In this document: piece by piece, positions 1-8,881 of the stretch
How the letters are laid out: each line of letters opens with the position of its first letter
How positions within the stretch are numbered: position 1 is the stretch's first letter
Source of the DNA: Candidatus Kaiserbacteria bacterium RIFCSPLOWO2_01_FULL_45_25
GTDB lineage: Bacteria; Patescibacteriota; Minisyncoccia; Phycocordibacterales; UBA918
NCBI GenBank assembly: GCA_001781415.1
Contig: MFLT01000012.1
Span: 6,485 to 70,484 of the forward strand
DNA length: 64,000 bases
Direction: 5' to 3'
Notes under the pieces: generated by a model
The model's database searches: none
Seen by the model: the letters and a program-made list of their open reading frames with translations, nothing else
What the model was told of the DNA's origin: nothing
Made by a program: the position numbers and the translations under genes

Positions 1-462
1 CCGCCTGCCATATGAGACGGCCGACTCCCCTTCGATAAATGTTAAACGCAGTAAGTCGGATTTTGGTTCTCCGGCAATCAGGTATTCAAGAAGAGTTGGT
101 ACACTCAGTGGTTCGGTAAAGGTGTAGGTACCAGCTTTCAGTGATTCTCCGTAAAATTTTAGTCGCAGCACCATCAAGGTGACAAGTTCAGAGCGCACAA
201 AACCGCCTTCTTTTAGGTCTTTTACAATTAGTCTGGTTGGTGAACCTGGCTCCACGACAAACGTGGCTCCGTCTACAAAGCCACTTGGTGGAGTTTGTAG
301 GTATGAGAAAAGGTATAAGCCAATACTAGCAAGTACTCCGATGAACAACACCAGATAGGTAAAAACTTTTATAAGTGGACCACGCTTTGAATTTGGCTCT
401 GATGTAGATGATAGAGAATCATTTAGGTAATTATCATCAAACGAATTAGGTTCTTCGGGCAT
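1..462 (-). CDS. MltG/YceG-like endolytic transglycosylase, N-terminal 154 aa only (runs off window start)
   Basis: Manual translation from ATG at 462..460: MPEEPNSFDDNYLN...TYLVLFIGVLASIGLYLFSYL (TM helix) then ...GATFVVEPGSPTRLIVKDLKEGGF...SLKAGTYTF...LTFIEGES, typical YceG-domain start; frame open to nt 1; not in ORF track because truncated. Confidence 0.55.
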   Translation of the reverse strand, partial: MPEEPNSFDDNYLNDSLSSTSEPNSKRGPLIKVFTYLVLFIGVLASIGLYLFSYLQTPPSGFVDGATFVVEPGSPTRLIVKDLKEGGFVRSELVTLMVLRLKFYGESLKAGTYTFTEPLSVPTLLEYLIAGEPKSDLLRLTFIEGESAVSYGRR

Positions 463-475
463 GGCTAAACAAAAG

Positions 476-1810
476 TTATATTCCGGTGGCTAAACCAGTT
501 GGTAAGTTGCTTGGAGCTTCCTTGCGGGCTGAGGTAATACGTGGGAGTGACGGTGTTACCACTGATGTGCCTGGGATGTGGTAAATAGTGGCTAATTCTT
601 CAGCTGAAAACACCTTCATGGCGTCTGCACCACCAACTCTATCTCTGTGATAATAGACGCGACCTTTGTAGAGCCCAAGTTCTTGCTCTTTCCACTTCTT
701 GATTCGTCGCCCCTTCGGGTCGGAGAACATCTTATAGTCAAAGTCAGTTCGCCAACGAGGACTTAATCCATTGCGTCCAATAATGTCATATTGTGAAAAG
801 GAGCGCAGGGTTGGCGAAATAAGGTCACCATCAAACTTCCCTTTTTCTGTAATGTATAACCAGCGAATTCCTACCTCATACGCATACTTGCCAATGTTGC
901 GTTCTATAGCAGCGATGGTGTCGCGCTCGTTCATAGTGAGCATTGGAGCCCTTTCATAAGTCTCTGAATCAGGATCAGGTCTCTGGTCGCGCTTGAGAAT
1001 TTCATTAATCTTAGCAATGGCCTTTTTATCCCAGGTCGGAGTTTCGGTTAAGTGGCCATTCTTAAATACTTTTTTAACATGAGGCACTGCCAAGATTTGA
1101 ATCCAGACACGTTCATGTGGTTTTACTTTTCCGAGCTGTTCTAGCATGGCGGCCATCGGTTCAAACTTCTCTTCTTCTTTAGGGAGTTTGTCTAGTCCGA
1201 AGTCAATGTAAGTTTTGATTGGAAAAATTTCGTCCTCTTTCTTTCCCATATGGAAAGCCATGTATTCGTAGCGCTCAGGATCCCAAGGAATTTCGTCGGT
1301 GTAATCAATATCTTCTTCTACCACTTCAATCCCTGGATACTGAGCGTATAGTTGAGCTTCCAGTGCATTTTTGGTTTTCTTGGTTGGGACGTTGATATAA
1401 AAACGTACTTCCCCTCCTGTGGAGACCAATTCAAAACTAAACGTCAACGGGTGCTTGCCGTCTAGGTACGTCTGCATGAGGTTATCAGGACTGTTTACGT
1501 TGTGAATCTGTGAAATTACACTCTCCATCGCCTCCGGAGACTTAAAGACGTTTTGTGGTAGGTGGATTCGCAGGGTTGAGCGGCCTTGGTTGGCAGCAAA
1601 TTTATTTTGAATGTAATACATCCATCTATCGAAAGTCAAATAGAACAAAGTAATTGGCAACCAGATTGGTGTAAGAGCCACCATCACCGAAAAGATCGGC
1701 CCTGGGTCGATATTCATTAGGTTGAGAAGGTAAATAAATACCAAAAGTCCAAGTACGAGCATGAGCGGCCCAGCGGTCGCTCCAAAGATAGTTTTTATAA
1801 TTTCACCCAT
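476..1810 (-). CDS. hypothetical membrane protein (two N-terminal TM helices, large soluble domain)
   Basis: 444-aa ORF, ATG start verified, hydrophobic N-terminus; no recognisable family. Confidence 0.6.
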   Translation of the reverse strand: MGEIIKTIFGATAGPLMLVLGLLVFIYLLNLMNIDPGPIFSVMVALTPIWLPITLFYLTFDRWMYYIQNKFAANQGRSTLRIHLPQNVFKSPEAMESVISQIHNVNSPDNLMQTYLDGKHPLTFSFELVSTGGEVRFYINVPTKKTKNALEAQLYAQYPGIEVVEEDIDYTDEIPWDPERYEYMAFHMGKKEDEIFPIKTYIDFGLDKLPKEEEKFEPMAAMLEQLGKVKPHERVWIQILAVPHVKKVFKNGHLTETPTWDKKAIAKINEILKRDQRPDPDSETYERAPMLTMNERDTIAAIERNIGKYAYEVGIRWLYITEKGKFDGDLISPTLRSFSQYDIIGRNGLSPRWRTDFDYKMFSDPKGRRIKKWKEQELGLYKGRVYYHRDRVGGADAMKVFSAEELATIYHIPGTSVVTPSLPRITSARKEAPSNLPTGLATGI

Positions 1811-1827
1811 GTCTGCCTATTGTACTA

Positions 1828-1864
1828 CAAAACCCCCACCGGACGGGTGTCGGGTGGGGGTTTT
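1828..1864. terminator. intrinsic terminator hairpin (CCCCCACC...GGTGGGGG) with U-runs on both sides
   Basis: perfect 8-bp GC stem flanked by A-run/T-run between converging-like gene ends. Confidence 0.5.
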
Positions 1865-1881
1865 GCTGGACTTTATATAAT

Positions 1882-2907
1882 TTATTCAGCGAGGGTGTAG
1901 GTGCCATTACTTAGTCGACGGAAAAGGTTGGCATCTTGGAGGTTTACGATGATGGTGTTGTCCTTCACGTAGCGCTCCTTGCGTACTTTGTCGATAAGTT
2001 CTTCACGAGAGAGTGGACCTTCCTTACCGAGAATTTCCCGTAGGACGTCCTTGACCACTCCAGCCGTGTAGCCCCATTCAGTGAGAGCGTAGAGACCGCG
2101 TCCAACTAGGACAAACCGTTGGTCTTTAATGAGCTCGTTGTGAGTGGTGGCGATGTGAGCCTTGTGCTTGAATAGGTTGTCGATAGACTCTGCTACTTCA
2201 CGGAAGTGCATAGGTGAACCATGGCGCTTCACAGCTAGGTAGGCGTAATCACGGATACCCTTAACTTTAATATTTGGACTTTCTGCTGGACCCCAATCTC
2301 CGAGTGGGTTCTTGCCAATTTGCTTAGACATGAGTAGCCAGCGCTTTAGAACTTGCTCATCGTACTTATCTGCCAGCTCCATGAGTTCTCCGCGGAAGCG
2401 ATTGAGAATCTCTTGTTCACTGATAAGTTCATCAGATTGTAGAGTGCCATGCACTTGCTTGAGGGCCTTTTCTACTTGGTCAGCGACTTTACGCTCAGTA
2501 AACCAACGATGTGTATAGGTAGGGTTTTCTTTACCTCGATAGAATGGATCTCCAACTACCAATAAGAAATAGAGGTGGTTTTTGACAATTGGATCAGAAG
2601 TAAGTTCGTCCAAAAAGACGTGTTCAGCAATGACTCCTCCACCAAGTTGGTCGATAAGAGCCTGCATTTCAATAAAAAGATCGTAATGCTTCTTGTATTC
2701 TTCTGACTTTTGGATAGCTTGAATACCGTAGTTTTCAATCTGACGAACACGCTCACGAGTAATACCGTAAGCCTGACCAATTGATTCTAGGGTTGATGTT
2801 TCACCATTTGGGCCAAGACCATAGCGCTTTGTGAGGACGTCACGTGCACGCTCAGGCAGTACGCCGAGAAGTGATTTACTGATTTGTTTTGGTTTGAATG
2901 AAATCAT
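1882..2907 (-). CDS. DNA-binding protein: N-terminal sigma-70 region-4 HTH plus C-terminal HARE-HTH-like domain
   Basis: TLESIGQAYGITRERVRQIE matches sigma-70 r4.2; C-terminal GSPMHFREVAESI...DQRFVLVGRGLYALTEWGY resembles HARE-HTH (RpoE-delta N-domain type). Confidence 0.6.
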   Translation of the reverse strand: MISFKPKQISKSLLGVLPERARDVLTKRYGLGPNGETSTLESIGQAYGITRERVRQIENYGIQAIQKSEEYKKHYDLFIEMQALIDQLGGGVIAEHVFLDELTSDPIVKNHLYFLLVVGDPFYRGKENPTYTHRWFTERKVADQVEKALKQVHGTLQSDELISEQEILNRFRGELMELADKYDEQVLKRWLLMSKQIGKNPLGDWGPAESPNIKVKGIRDYAYLAVKRHGSPMHFREVAESIDNLFKHKAHIATTHNELIKDQRFVLVGRGLYALTEWGYTAGVVKDVLREILGKEGPLSREELIDKVRKERYVKDNTIIVNLQDANLFRRLSNGTYTLAE

Positions 2908-2998
2908 AAAACTGTTATTTGCCCAATAGTTCCCTCAATGCGATGACCATTTATAACATGAGTCTTGCAGAAGGTCAACTACTTTATTCCATTCGTAA

Positions 2999-3325
2999 TT
3001 AATTGGGTCTAACTACGGTAGCTAGACCAAGTCCGGCCTCCCTTAATGACGCTAATCCCTCACATACATCAATGGTCTCGATACCGGTGGTTTTGAGTAC
3101 TTCGTTCGTATAACTACTGCGTCCACCGGTTTCGCAGATGAGGTAGATGTTCTTGAACTTCTGGAGCATTGGAACGTGTTTGCCGATGGTACTTAATGGC
3201 ATATTGAGACTGTTTGGGATATGTTCACTTTCGAACTCTTCAACTTCACGCACATCAACAATTACATCTTCTGGTGTGAGATTTGGGAGTACTTCGAGAA
3301 ACTCCTTGGTAGAAATAGTTTTCAT
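2999..3325 (-). CDS. rhodanese-domain sulfurtransferase (single domain)
   Basis: 108 aa with CETGGRS active-site loop (Cys-X-X-G-X-R). Confidence 0.8.
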   Translation of the reverse strand: MKTISTKEFLEVLPNLTPEDVIVDVREVEEFESEHIPNSLNMPLSTIGKHVPMLQKFKNIYLICETGGRSSYTNEVLKTTGIETIDVCEGLASLREAGLGLATVVRPN

Positions 3326-3343
3326 TATTAATGTATTAAGTGC

Positions 3344-6166
3344 TTATACAATTAGGTTTAAGATTTTACCAGGTACGTAGATAACTTTCCTAATCTCACC
3401 TGTTAAATACTTTTCAACTCCTTCACTATGACGAGCAGCTTCAAGCGCTTCGGCTTCACTGGCTTCGGGAGAAACTGCAATGGTCCCACGCATTTTACCA
3501 TTAACTTGGACAGCAATTGTGACAATATCATCCACAATCAGACTTTCGTCTGCCTCAGGGAATTTAGTTAGGTGGATTGATTCAGTCTTCCCTGCTGCTA
3601 CCCATAGCTCAGCAGTGAGGTGTGGAGCAAATGGCGCCAAGACTCGAAGGAAGGTCTCGTAGTCACCCGTTGTGATGCCATTTTTTTCCACATGATTAAC
3701 AAACATCATCATGGCACTGATGGCGGTATTGAATTTAAAGGTGGTAATATCCTCGCTCACCTTCTTTATGGTCTTATGAAGAAGTTTGTCAGTGTCGAAT
3801 GCTACATCAACAATATGCTCAGATAGACCGTTCACTCGCTCAAGGAAGCGCCGTACACCAGCGATACCGCCGAGGTCAAACGGATAGTTAGAACCTTCGT
3901 AAGGTCCCATAAAAGCTAAGTACATCTTAACGGTGTCAGCTCCCACCCGCTTCACGTGTTCGTCTGGGTCAATGACGTTACCTTTACTCTTACTCATCTT
4001 GTTGCCGTCTGGACCAAGGATAAGTCCACGATTGAGGCGACGACGGTATGGTTCATTTTCGGTTACCAATCCAAGGTCAAAAAGCACCTTCTGCCAAAAG
4101 CGAGAATACAGAAGGTGCATGGTCGTATGCTCCGCTCCTCCAAAATAAATATCAATCGGCATCCAGTCTTTCTGGTGAGCTAGTGAGGCGATTTCTTCGC
4201 TGTTTTTGTTATCAAGATAGCGCAAGAAATACCAAGACGAATCCACAAAGGTGTCCATCGTTTCAACTTCTGGAGTCCAGCCAGCCCCAAAGATACTTTC
4301 GGTACGCTTCTTCAGCTCCTCACTCTTAGCTAGTGGCGCCACGCCAGTTGGTTTGAAGTCTACATCCTCGGGCAAGTGCCATGGTAAATGTTCCTTTGGA
4401 ATTGGATGAGCGTTGCCCTCCGGGTCATACACAATTGGAATCGGTACACCCCAATAACGTTGCCGGCCAATTGACCAGTCTCGCAAACGGTAGGTTGAAG
4501 ACATCTTGCCGCCAACTTTTTCTACAATCTTTTCTTTTGCTGTTTCAGAGTCCAGGCCATCAAATTCTCCAGAGTTGATAATCACGCCTGTTCCAGTGAA
4601 AATTTGTCCTTCAGTGAAGGCTGCCCAACCCTTCTGGTGTCCTTCCCACGTAAGTAGATTTTTTACCTCTGACTTATCTACCCATTCAATAGTGTGTTTA
4701 CCGTCTTCTAGTTCAGAGGGCTTTTGGTCGAGCGACTTCAACTTGATATGGTAAAAAGAACTTATTGTAAGTTGATTCTTATCCTTGGTGTGTCTGTAGC
4801 CATGACCTTGTGAGGTTGTAACCACATCGCCAATGATTTCATATTCTGTAAATCCAGTTTCTTCTTCTAGTTCGCGTCCAATCGCGACCACTTGTGATTC
4901 CCCGTCAGTCCCTCCACCTACAAAGTGAATGTGGGTATGAGTCCCATCTACTTCCTTTTGAACGAGAAACTGTCCATTTGTTGGGTGTTCAATCATTAGG
5001 TCGACACATTCGCGTACTAGAGTTTCTTTTTCTGGTTTCGGCGCTGAGATGCCAGTGAAAACAATTTTTTCTGCCACCACCTGCTTCACAGGGATGCTGA
5101 ACTTCTTAGCAAACGCACCATCTCTTTCATCATGTGCTGGTACCGCCATAATCGCACCTGTTCCGTAAGAAGCTAGGACGTAGTCAGATATATAAATTGG
5201 AATCTCCTCACCCAAGGCAGGATTGGTAGCCGTAACGCCTTCTAGCTTTACCCCAGTCTTTTCTTTGGTGGTGTCTAGACGGTCTTGCTCGTCTTTTTGT
5301 TTGGCTAGAGCTACATAGTCAGCAACTTCAGCGTAATTACTGATGTTGGCCTCGTTTTGAGCTACTAGTGGGTGCTCTGGAGCGAGAACGAGGTAAGTCG
5401 CCCCGTATAGGGTGTCGGGACGAGTAGTAAAGACAGTAACACTTTCACCAGTTGAAAGTTTGAAGTCTAGCGTCGCACCATTTGAGCGGCCGATCCACTG
5501 TCGCTGCGCTTCTTTGATGTGCTCTGGCCAATCAAGCGGGTCGAGGTCATCAGTCAGTCGGTCAGCGTACTTGGTAATACGAAGCATCCACTGCGGCATC
5601 TCGCGTTTTTCGATGACATCGCCCGAGCGTTCACAAGTGCCATCACTTAGCACCTGCTCGTTGGCAATTACTGTATTGCAGCCTGGACACCAGTTCACAA
5701 TTCCCTTTCCGCGGTACGCAATGTCCTTTCTAAAGAATTCAGTAAACATCCACTGGGTCCACTTGTAGTAGTCGGCGTCTGTTGAGCTGGTGGTCTTATC
5801 CCATGAGAAAGCGTTACCCATACTAGCGAGTTGGGTCTTCATGAAGGCGATGTTGTCGTTGGTCCAGGCTTTAGGGTCGAGATTTCGTTTGATAGCAGCA
5901 TTTTCGGCAGGGAGACCAAAAGCATCAAAGCCCATTGGGTAGAGCACCTGCTTCCCCATCATACGCTTGTAGCGTACGTAGATGTCTGGCACAGCAAAAG
6001 CGTACCAGTGTCCAATATGGAGATTCCCAGACGGGTATGGCCATTCGACGAGGACGTATTCCTTTTCTTTGCTATTGTCTCGCTCTCCGACATTGTATAT
6101 GCCCTCTTCCTCCCAAATCTGTTGCCACTTCTTCTCAATTTCGCCTGAATCAAACTTTTTATGCAT
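3344..6166 (-). CDS. leuS: leucyl-tRNA synthetase with inserted Nudix-box domain
   Basis: HIGH-type (HIGHWYA), KMSKS (KMSKSKGNVI), TTRPDT editing motif, GTGAIMAVPAHDERD; ~120-aa insertion before NSGEFDGLD containing canonical Nudix box GX5EX7REUXEEXGU (GGGTDGESQVVAIGRELEEETGF). Confidence 0.95.
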   Translation of the reverse strand: MHKKFDSGEIEKKWQQIWEEEGIYNVGERDNSKEKEYVLVEWPYPSGNLHIGHWYAFAVPDIYVRYKRMMGKQVLYPMGFDAFGLPAENAAIKRNLDPKAWTNDNIAFMKTQLASMGNAFSWDKTTSSTDADYYKWTQWMFTEFFRKDIAYRGKGIVNWCPGCNTVIANEQVLSDGTCERSGDVIEKREMPQWMLRITKYADRLTDDLDPLDWPEHIKEAQRQWIGRSNGATLDFKLSTGESVTVFTTRPDTLYGATYLVLAPEHPLVAQNEANISNYAEVADYVALAKQKDEQDRLDTTKEKTGVKLEGVTATNPALGEEIPIYISDYVLASYGTGAIMAVPAHDERDGAFAKKFSIPVKQVVAEKIVFTGISAPKPEKETLVRECVDLMIEHPTNGQFLVQKEVDGTHTHIHFVGGGTDGESQVVAIGRELEEETGFTEYEIIGDVVTTSQGHGYRHTKDKNQLTISSFYHIKLKSLDQKPSELEDGKHTIEWVDKSEVKNLLTWEGHQKGWAAFTEGQIFTGTGVIINSGEFDGLDSETAKEKIVEKVGGKMSSTYRLRDWSIGRQRYWGVPIPIVYDPEGNAHPIPKEHLPWHLPEDVDFKPTGVAPLAKSEELKKRTESIFGAGWTPEVETMDTFVDSSWYFLRYLDNKNSEEIASLAHQKDWMPIDIYFGGAEHTTMHLLYSRFWQKVLFDLGLVTENEPYRRRLNRGLILGPDGNKMSKSKGNVIDPDEHVKRVGADTVKMYLAFMGPYEGSNYPFDLGGIAGVRRFLERVNGLSEHIVDVAFDTDKLLHKTIKKVSEDITTFKFNTAISAMMMFVNHVEKNGITTGDYETFLRVLAPFAPHLTAELWVAAGKTESIHLTKFPEADESLIVDDIVTIAVQVNGKMRGTIAVSPEASEAEALEAARHSEGVEKYLTGEIRKVIYVPGKILNLIV

Positions 6167-6240
6167 AACAAATCTCCCTAACCGTTAATTACGGCTTAGT
6201 ATGCCACGGGTTTGGACAGATGTAAAAATTCCTAAATAAA

Positions 6241-6280
6241 AGAAAAGCCGTCCCAAAGGAAGCTTTTCCTGGGGACGGCC
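6241..6280 (-). terminator. intrinsic terminator downstream of the ClpP-like gene
   Basis: GCCGTCCC...GGGACGGC stem plus nested AGGAA/TTCCT, U-run on minus strand. Confidence 0.5.
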
Positions 6281-6319
6281 ATTGAATTAGATGGACACAC
6301 TAGTTGTCGTCGGTTCTTT

Positions 6320-6925
6320 TTAGCGCCGATAGAGAGCTATAAGTTCTTCTTCAGAAATCACTCTGTGCACGATGCCATACTGAACTGCTTCTCGGGCTGA
6401 GAGGGTGGCATTGCCGCGCATCAGGTTCAAAAAGAGGGAAGAAGGAAGACCGGTTTGTTTCGACATGAAATCGAGCATCCACTCTTGTCCACGTCGCAGC
6501 TGATCGTGCCACTGCTTGAGGAACTCCTGCTGTGGACGTTTCGACTGCCGAGCCATTTCTTCTTCAATCTCAAGCGCGTGCTCGACGTCGCAGATGGTCA
6601 CCTCTAAACCTGGACGAAAGATTGTCCTTACTTCATGGAAGAAGTATGTCGATTCAGGTAAAGCGAGACGTTCCCTTCCGAGTAATTGCAAGACAATTGC
6701 AGCCGAGGCAACACGTTCGCCGATTGAGACAAACCCTGAACGCGCGAGAGCTGGTGCCAAGCGTGAAAAGAAGTTGAACGTGCCGCCTGGTGAGTCAATC
6801 ATCACACATGCCGAACCGTAATTTCTCTGAAGTTGCTCGAGGAGTTTTTCGATGCGGTACCCAGAAATCTCTCCTTCAAATTTTGTCATGTACATAATAC
6901 CTCCAAAGGTTGTTTGTTGAGCCAA
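6320..6925 (-). CDS. ClpP/S14-family peptidase-like protein
   Basis: IDSPGG motif (cf. ClpP INSPGG), Ser in GERVASAA, C-terminal ...LSAREAVQYGIV typical of ClpP family; true start may be an internal Met. Confidence 0.55.
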   Translation of the reverse strand: MAQQTTFGGIMYMTKFEGEISGYRIEKLLEQLQRNYGSACVMIDSPGGTFNFFSRLAPALARSGFVSIGERVASAAIVLQLLGRERLALPESTYFFHEVRTIFRPGLEVTICDVEHALEIEEEMARQSKRPQQEFLKQWHDQLRRGQEWMLDFMSKQTGLPSSLFLNLMRGNATLSAREAVQYGIVHRVISEEELIALYRR

Positions 6926-6993
6926 CCAGGAACATATAACAGTATTCGGCTGATGTCAATTTTAATATAATATAGTAAGCGTGCGTAATAAAA

Positions 6994-7425
6994 CTAAACC
7001 CGACCTGGTAGTTCGTCGTCTTTGATATTTAGTAACCAATCAGCCTTTTCTGCTTCCTTGACTTGAGTGAGGAATTTAACTTTCACTAGATCGTTAGCTG
7101 TCTCTAGTTTAGATTCATCGACATCTTCTATATAAACGTACACATCGTACATGTCAGGAGTCTTCGTCTCTACATATTTAAATGGAATCGGTTTTGAACC
7201 GTTCTTATCAATTTTAAACTTAAGCTCATCGGCCAGGGCTCGCTTTAGGGTGTCGTAGGCGGTTTCGTCCCCTAGGGTGAACCCACCAAACCCGGTTATA
7301 AGTGCCGTGTCTGTGATATTTTCAACTGGTAGTTTTTGCAGAAGAATATACCCTTCCTGATTTCGGAGGATGGCTCCGACTGACACAATTCGTCCGTCAA
7401 ACTCTAATTTTGTTTCAAATCCCAT
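6994..7425 (-). CDS. hypothetical small protein, Nudix-like fold with degenerate Nudix box
   Basis: VSVGAILRNQEGYILLQK then GGFTLGDETAYDTLKRALADELKF partially fits GX5EX7REUXEEXGU. Confidence 0.45.
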   Translation of the reverse strand: MGFETKLEFDGRIVSVGAILRNQEGYILLQKLPVENITDTALITGFGGFTLGDETAYDTLKRALADELKFKIDKNGSKPIPFKYVETKTPDMYDVYVYIEDVDESKLETANDLVKVKFLTQVKEAEKADWLLNIKDDELPGRV

Positions 7426-7475
7426 AGTAATTATTTAGGTTTGTAGTATTGCATGAGACGGTGAGAATGTGCAAA

Positions 7476-7508
7476 TAAGAAAAGCCGCCTGTTTCTGGCA
7501 GGCGGCTT
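7476..7508 (-). terminator. intrinsic terminator (GCCGCCTG...CAGGCGGC)
   Basis: 8-bp stem followed by U-run on minus strand immediately after stop of 7529..7912. Confidence 0.55.
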
Positions 7509-7528
7509 GGTCGAAGCTCTGGGGTCGT

Positions 7529-7912
7529 TCAGGCGGCTTTGGCCCAGGCTTTAGGGTTAAAGCTCCTGTGCTTAGTGTGCCAAAAGACACTTGTTTTTGG
7601 AATGTTTGGACTGTCATCAAACATGGTCAAAGACAAAACATTTTCTTCCACTTCGCGGATGTTCACGGTCTGTAGGACCATGTTTGCGATGGATACCGCC
7701 TGGGTGGGTTGAGTTTTTTCAAACGGTGTTTCGGCGTAAGGAACGATGAGAACTTGTGGAGGTGAAACTTCACCCTCGGTCTCTACATACCACTCCACGC
7801 AAAACGACTCGCTGCCATCCAGGTTTTTAGTGATGTTCGCAACGGTAACGTCAAAGCGAACGCCAAAACGGCCCATAGGCTGCCGACGAATGACCTGATG
7901 TTCATGACGCAT
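7529..7912 (-). CDS. hypothetical protein
   Basis: 127-aa ORF with own terminator; no family recognised. Confidence 0.5.
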   Translation of the reverse strand: MRHEHQVIRRQPMGRFGVRFDVTVANITKNLDGSESFCVEWYVETEGEVSPPQVLIVPYAETPFEKTQPTQAVSIANMVLQTVNIREVEENVLSLTMFDDSPNIPKTSVFWHTKHRSFNPKAWAKAA

Positions 7913-7968
7913 GATTACTCCTTCAGTTATTTATGGGAACGAGGCAACAACTACTAAATCATATATTG

Positions 7969-8003
7969 AAAAAAAGAAAAGCCGCGCCCTTTGGGGCGCG
8001 GCT
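7969..8003 (-). terminator. intrinsic terminator, member of repeated GAAAAGCCGCnCCCTTTGGGGnGCGGCT element
   Basis: GCCGCGCCC tttg GGGCGCGGC stem, long U-run on minus; near-identical copy at 8833..8872 with compensatory G>A/C>T change. Confidence 0.6.
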
Positions 8004-8022
8004 CGTTTTGGCTGTGCTTATC

Positions 8023-8358
8023 TCAAACCACGGCCATGCTGTGGTAGGCGGTGTAAGGAGTGGCCTCCACAAAAACAAAGGTCATTCCGTTGTTGAGGGC
8101 AGTGGCGTGGATGGCCGAGGCTACTTCCAGTACCAAATCTTTGCTTGCCCAATCACGCTTCACAACCAAAACTTGTTTGTTGATTCGTTGATAAAGCGTT
8201 CCGTCGTTTGGAATAAAGACTTTCATGGTCGTACCGAGCCCAGGTTCGGCCTTAACCACAAAAGTAATTTCAGACGGCTCGTTGCCACAGCCACGGACGG
8301 TCTGTCTGAGGCTGATGGAAATTTCACGACCTTTGTTGTCGTGGATTATTCTATTCAC
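8023..8358 (-). CDS. hypothetical protein
   Basis: 111-aa ORF, terminator directly downstream. Confidence 0.5.
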   Translation of the reverse strand: MNRIIHDNKGREISISLRQTVRGCGNEPSEITFVVKAEPGLGTTMKVFIPNDGTLYQRINKQVLVVKRDWASKDLVLEVASAIHATALNNGMTFVFVEATPYTAYHSMAVV

Positions 8359-8380
8359 TTAGATTCTCCTGGTTGAAGGT

Positions 8381-8776
8381 TTAAAACGAGTAGAAGTCGC
8401 CTTTGTGCGACCAAAAGATGTGGCCATCGAAACGACCAGTGCCATCAGGTCTTTCTGCGAAAAAGATTTCAGCAGTGGTATCGATGTCACGGTCGTATTC
8501 AAAGACGACAACACTGTTCAAGAAGGTGCTGGCGATATCTCTTGCCGGCACAATTTTGTTTTCTTCAGTGTCCCTGTACGGAGTGATTTTGTGTGTGAGG
8601 AACAATGGATCGGTGAATTTCACAGTGAAAGATGCGCGGACTGTTTGTTTGCCTTCCGTTACCGACCAAAGCACTCGGAAGCACTCATTGGGACTCCGTT
8701 CGCTCGGCTTGATGTCTTCGATGCGAATATGAAACTCGACACCGCTTTCAGTTTTGGCACAGTACTGGTCAATCAT
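8381..8776 (-). CDS. hypothetical protein
   Basis: 131-aa ORF co-oriented with neighbours. Confidence 0.5.
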   Translation of the reverse strand: MIDQYCAKTESGVEFHIRIEDIKPSERSPNECFRVLWSVTEGKQTVRASFTVKFTDPLFLTHKITPYRDTEENKIVPARDIASTFLNSVVVFEYDRDIDTTAEIFFAERPDGTGRFDGHIFWSHKGDFYSF

Positions 8777-8832
8777 GGTCTACTCCTTGGTGTGGGTTGG
8801 AACTATTCGTCTACAACTAAACCATAAATTTA

Positions 8833-8872
8833 GAAAAAGAAAAGCCGCACCCTTTGGGGTGCGGCTTTTCTT
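8833..8872 (-). terminator. intrinsic terminator, second copy of repeated terminator element
   Basis: GCCGCACCC tttg GGGTGCGGC with flanking A/T runs. Confidence 0.6.
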
Positions 8873-8881
8873 TCGGTTGGG

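Noticed and set aside
3480-6188. Numerous 60-118-aa ORFs antisense to or out of frame within leuS
   Set aside because: They are fully contained within a well-supported 940-aa conserved gene and are typical shadow ORFs.
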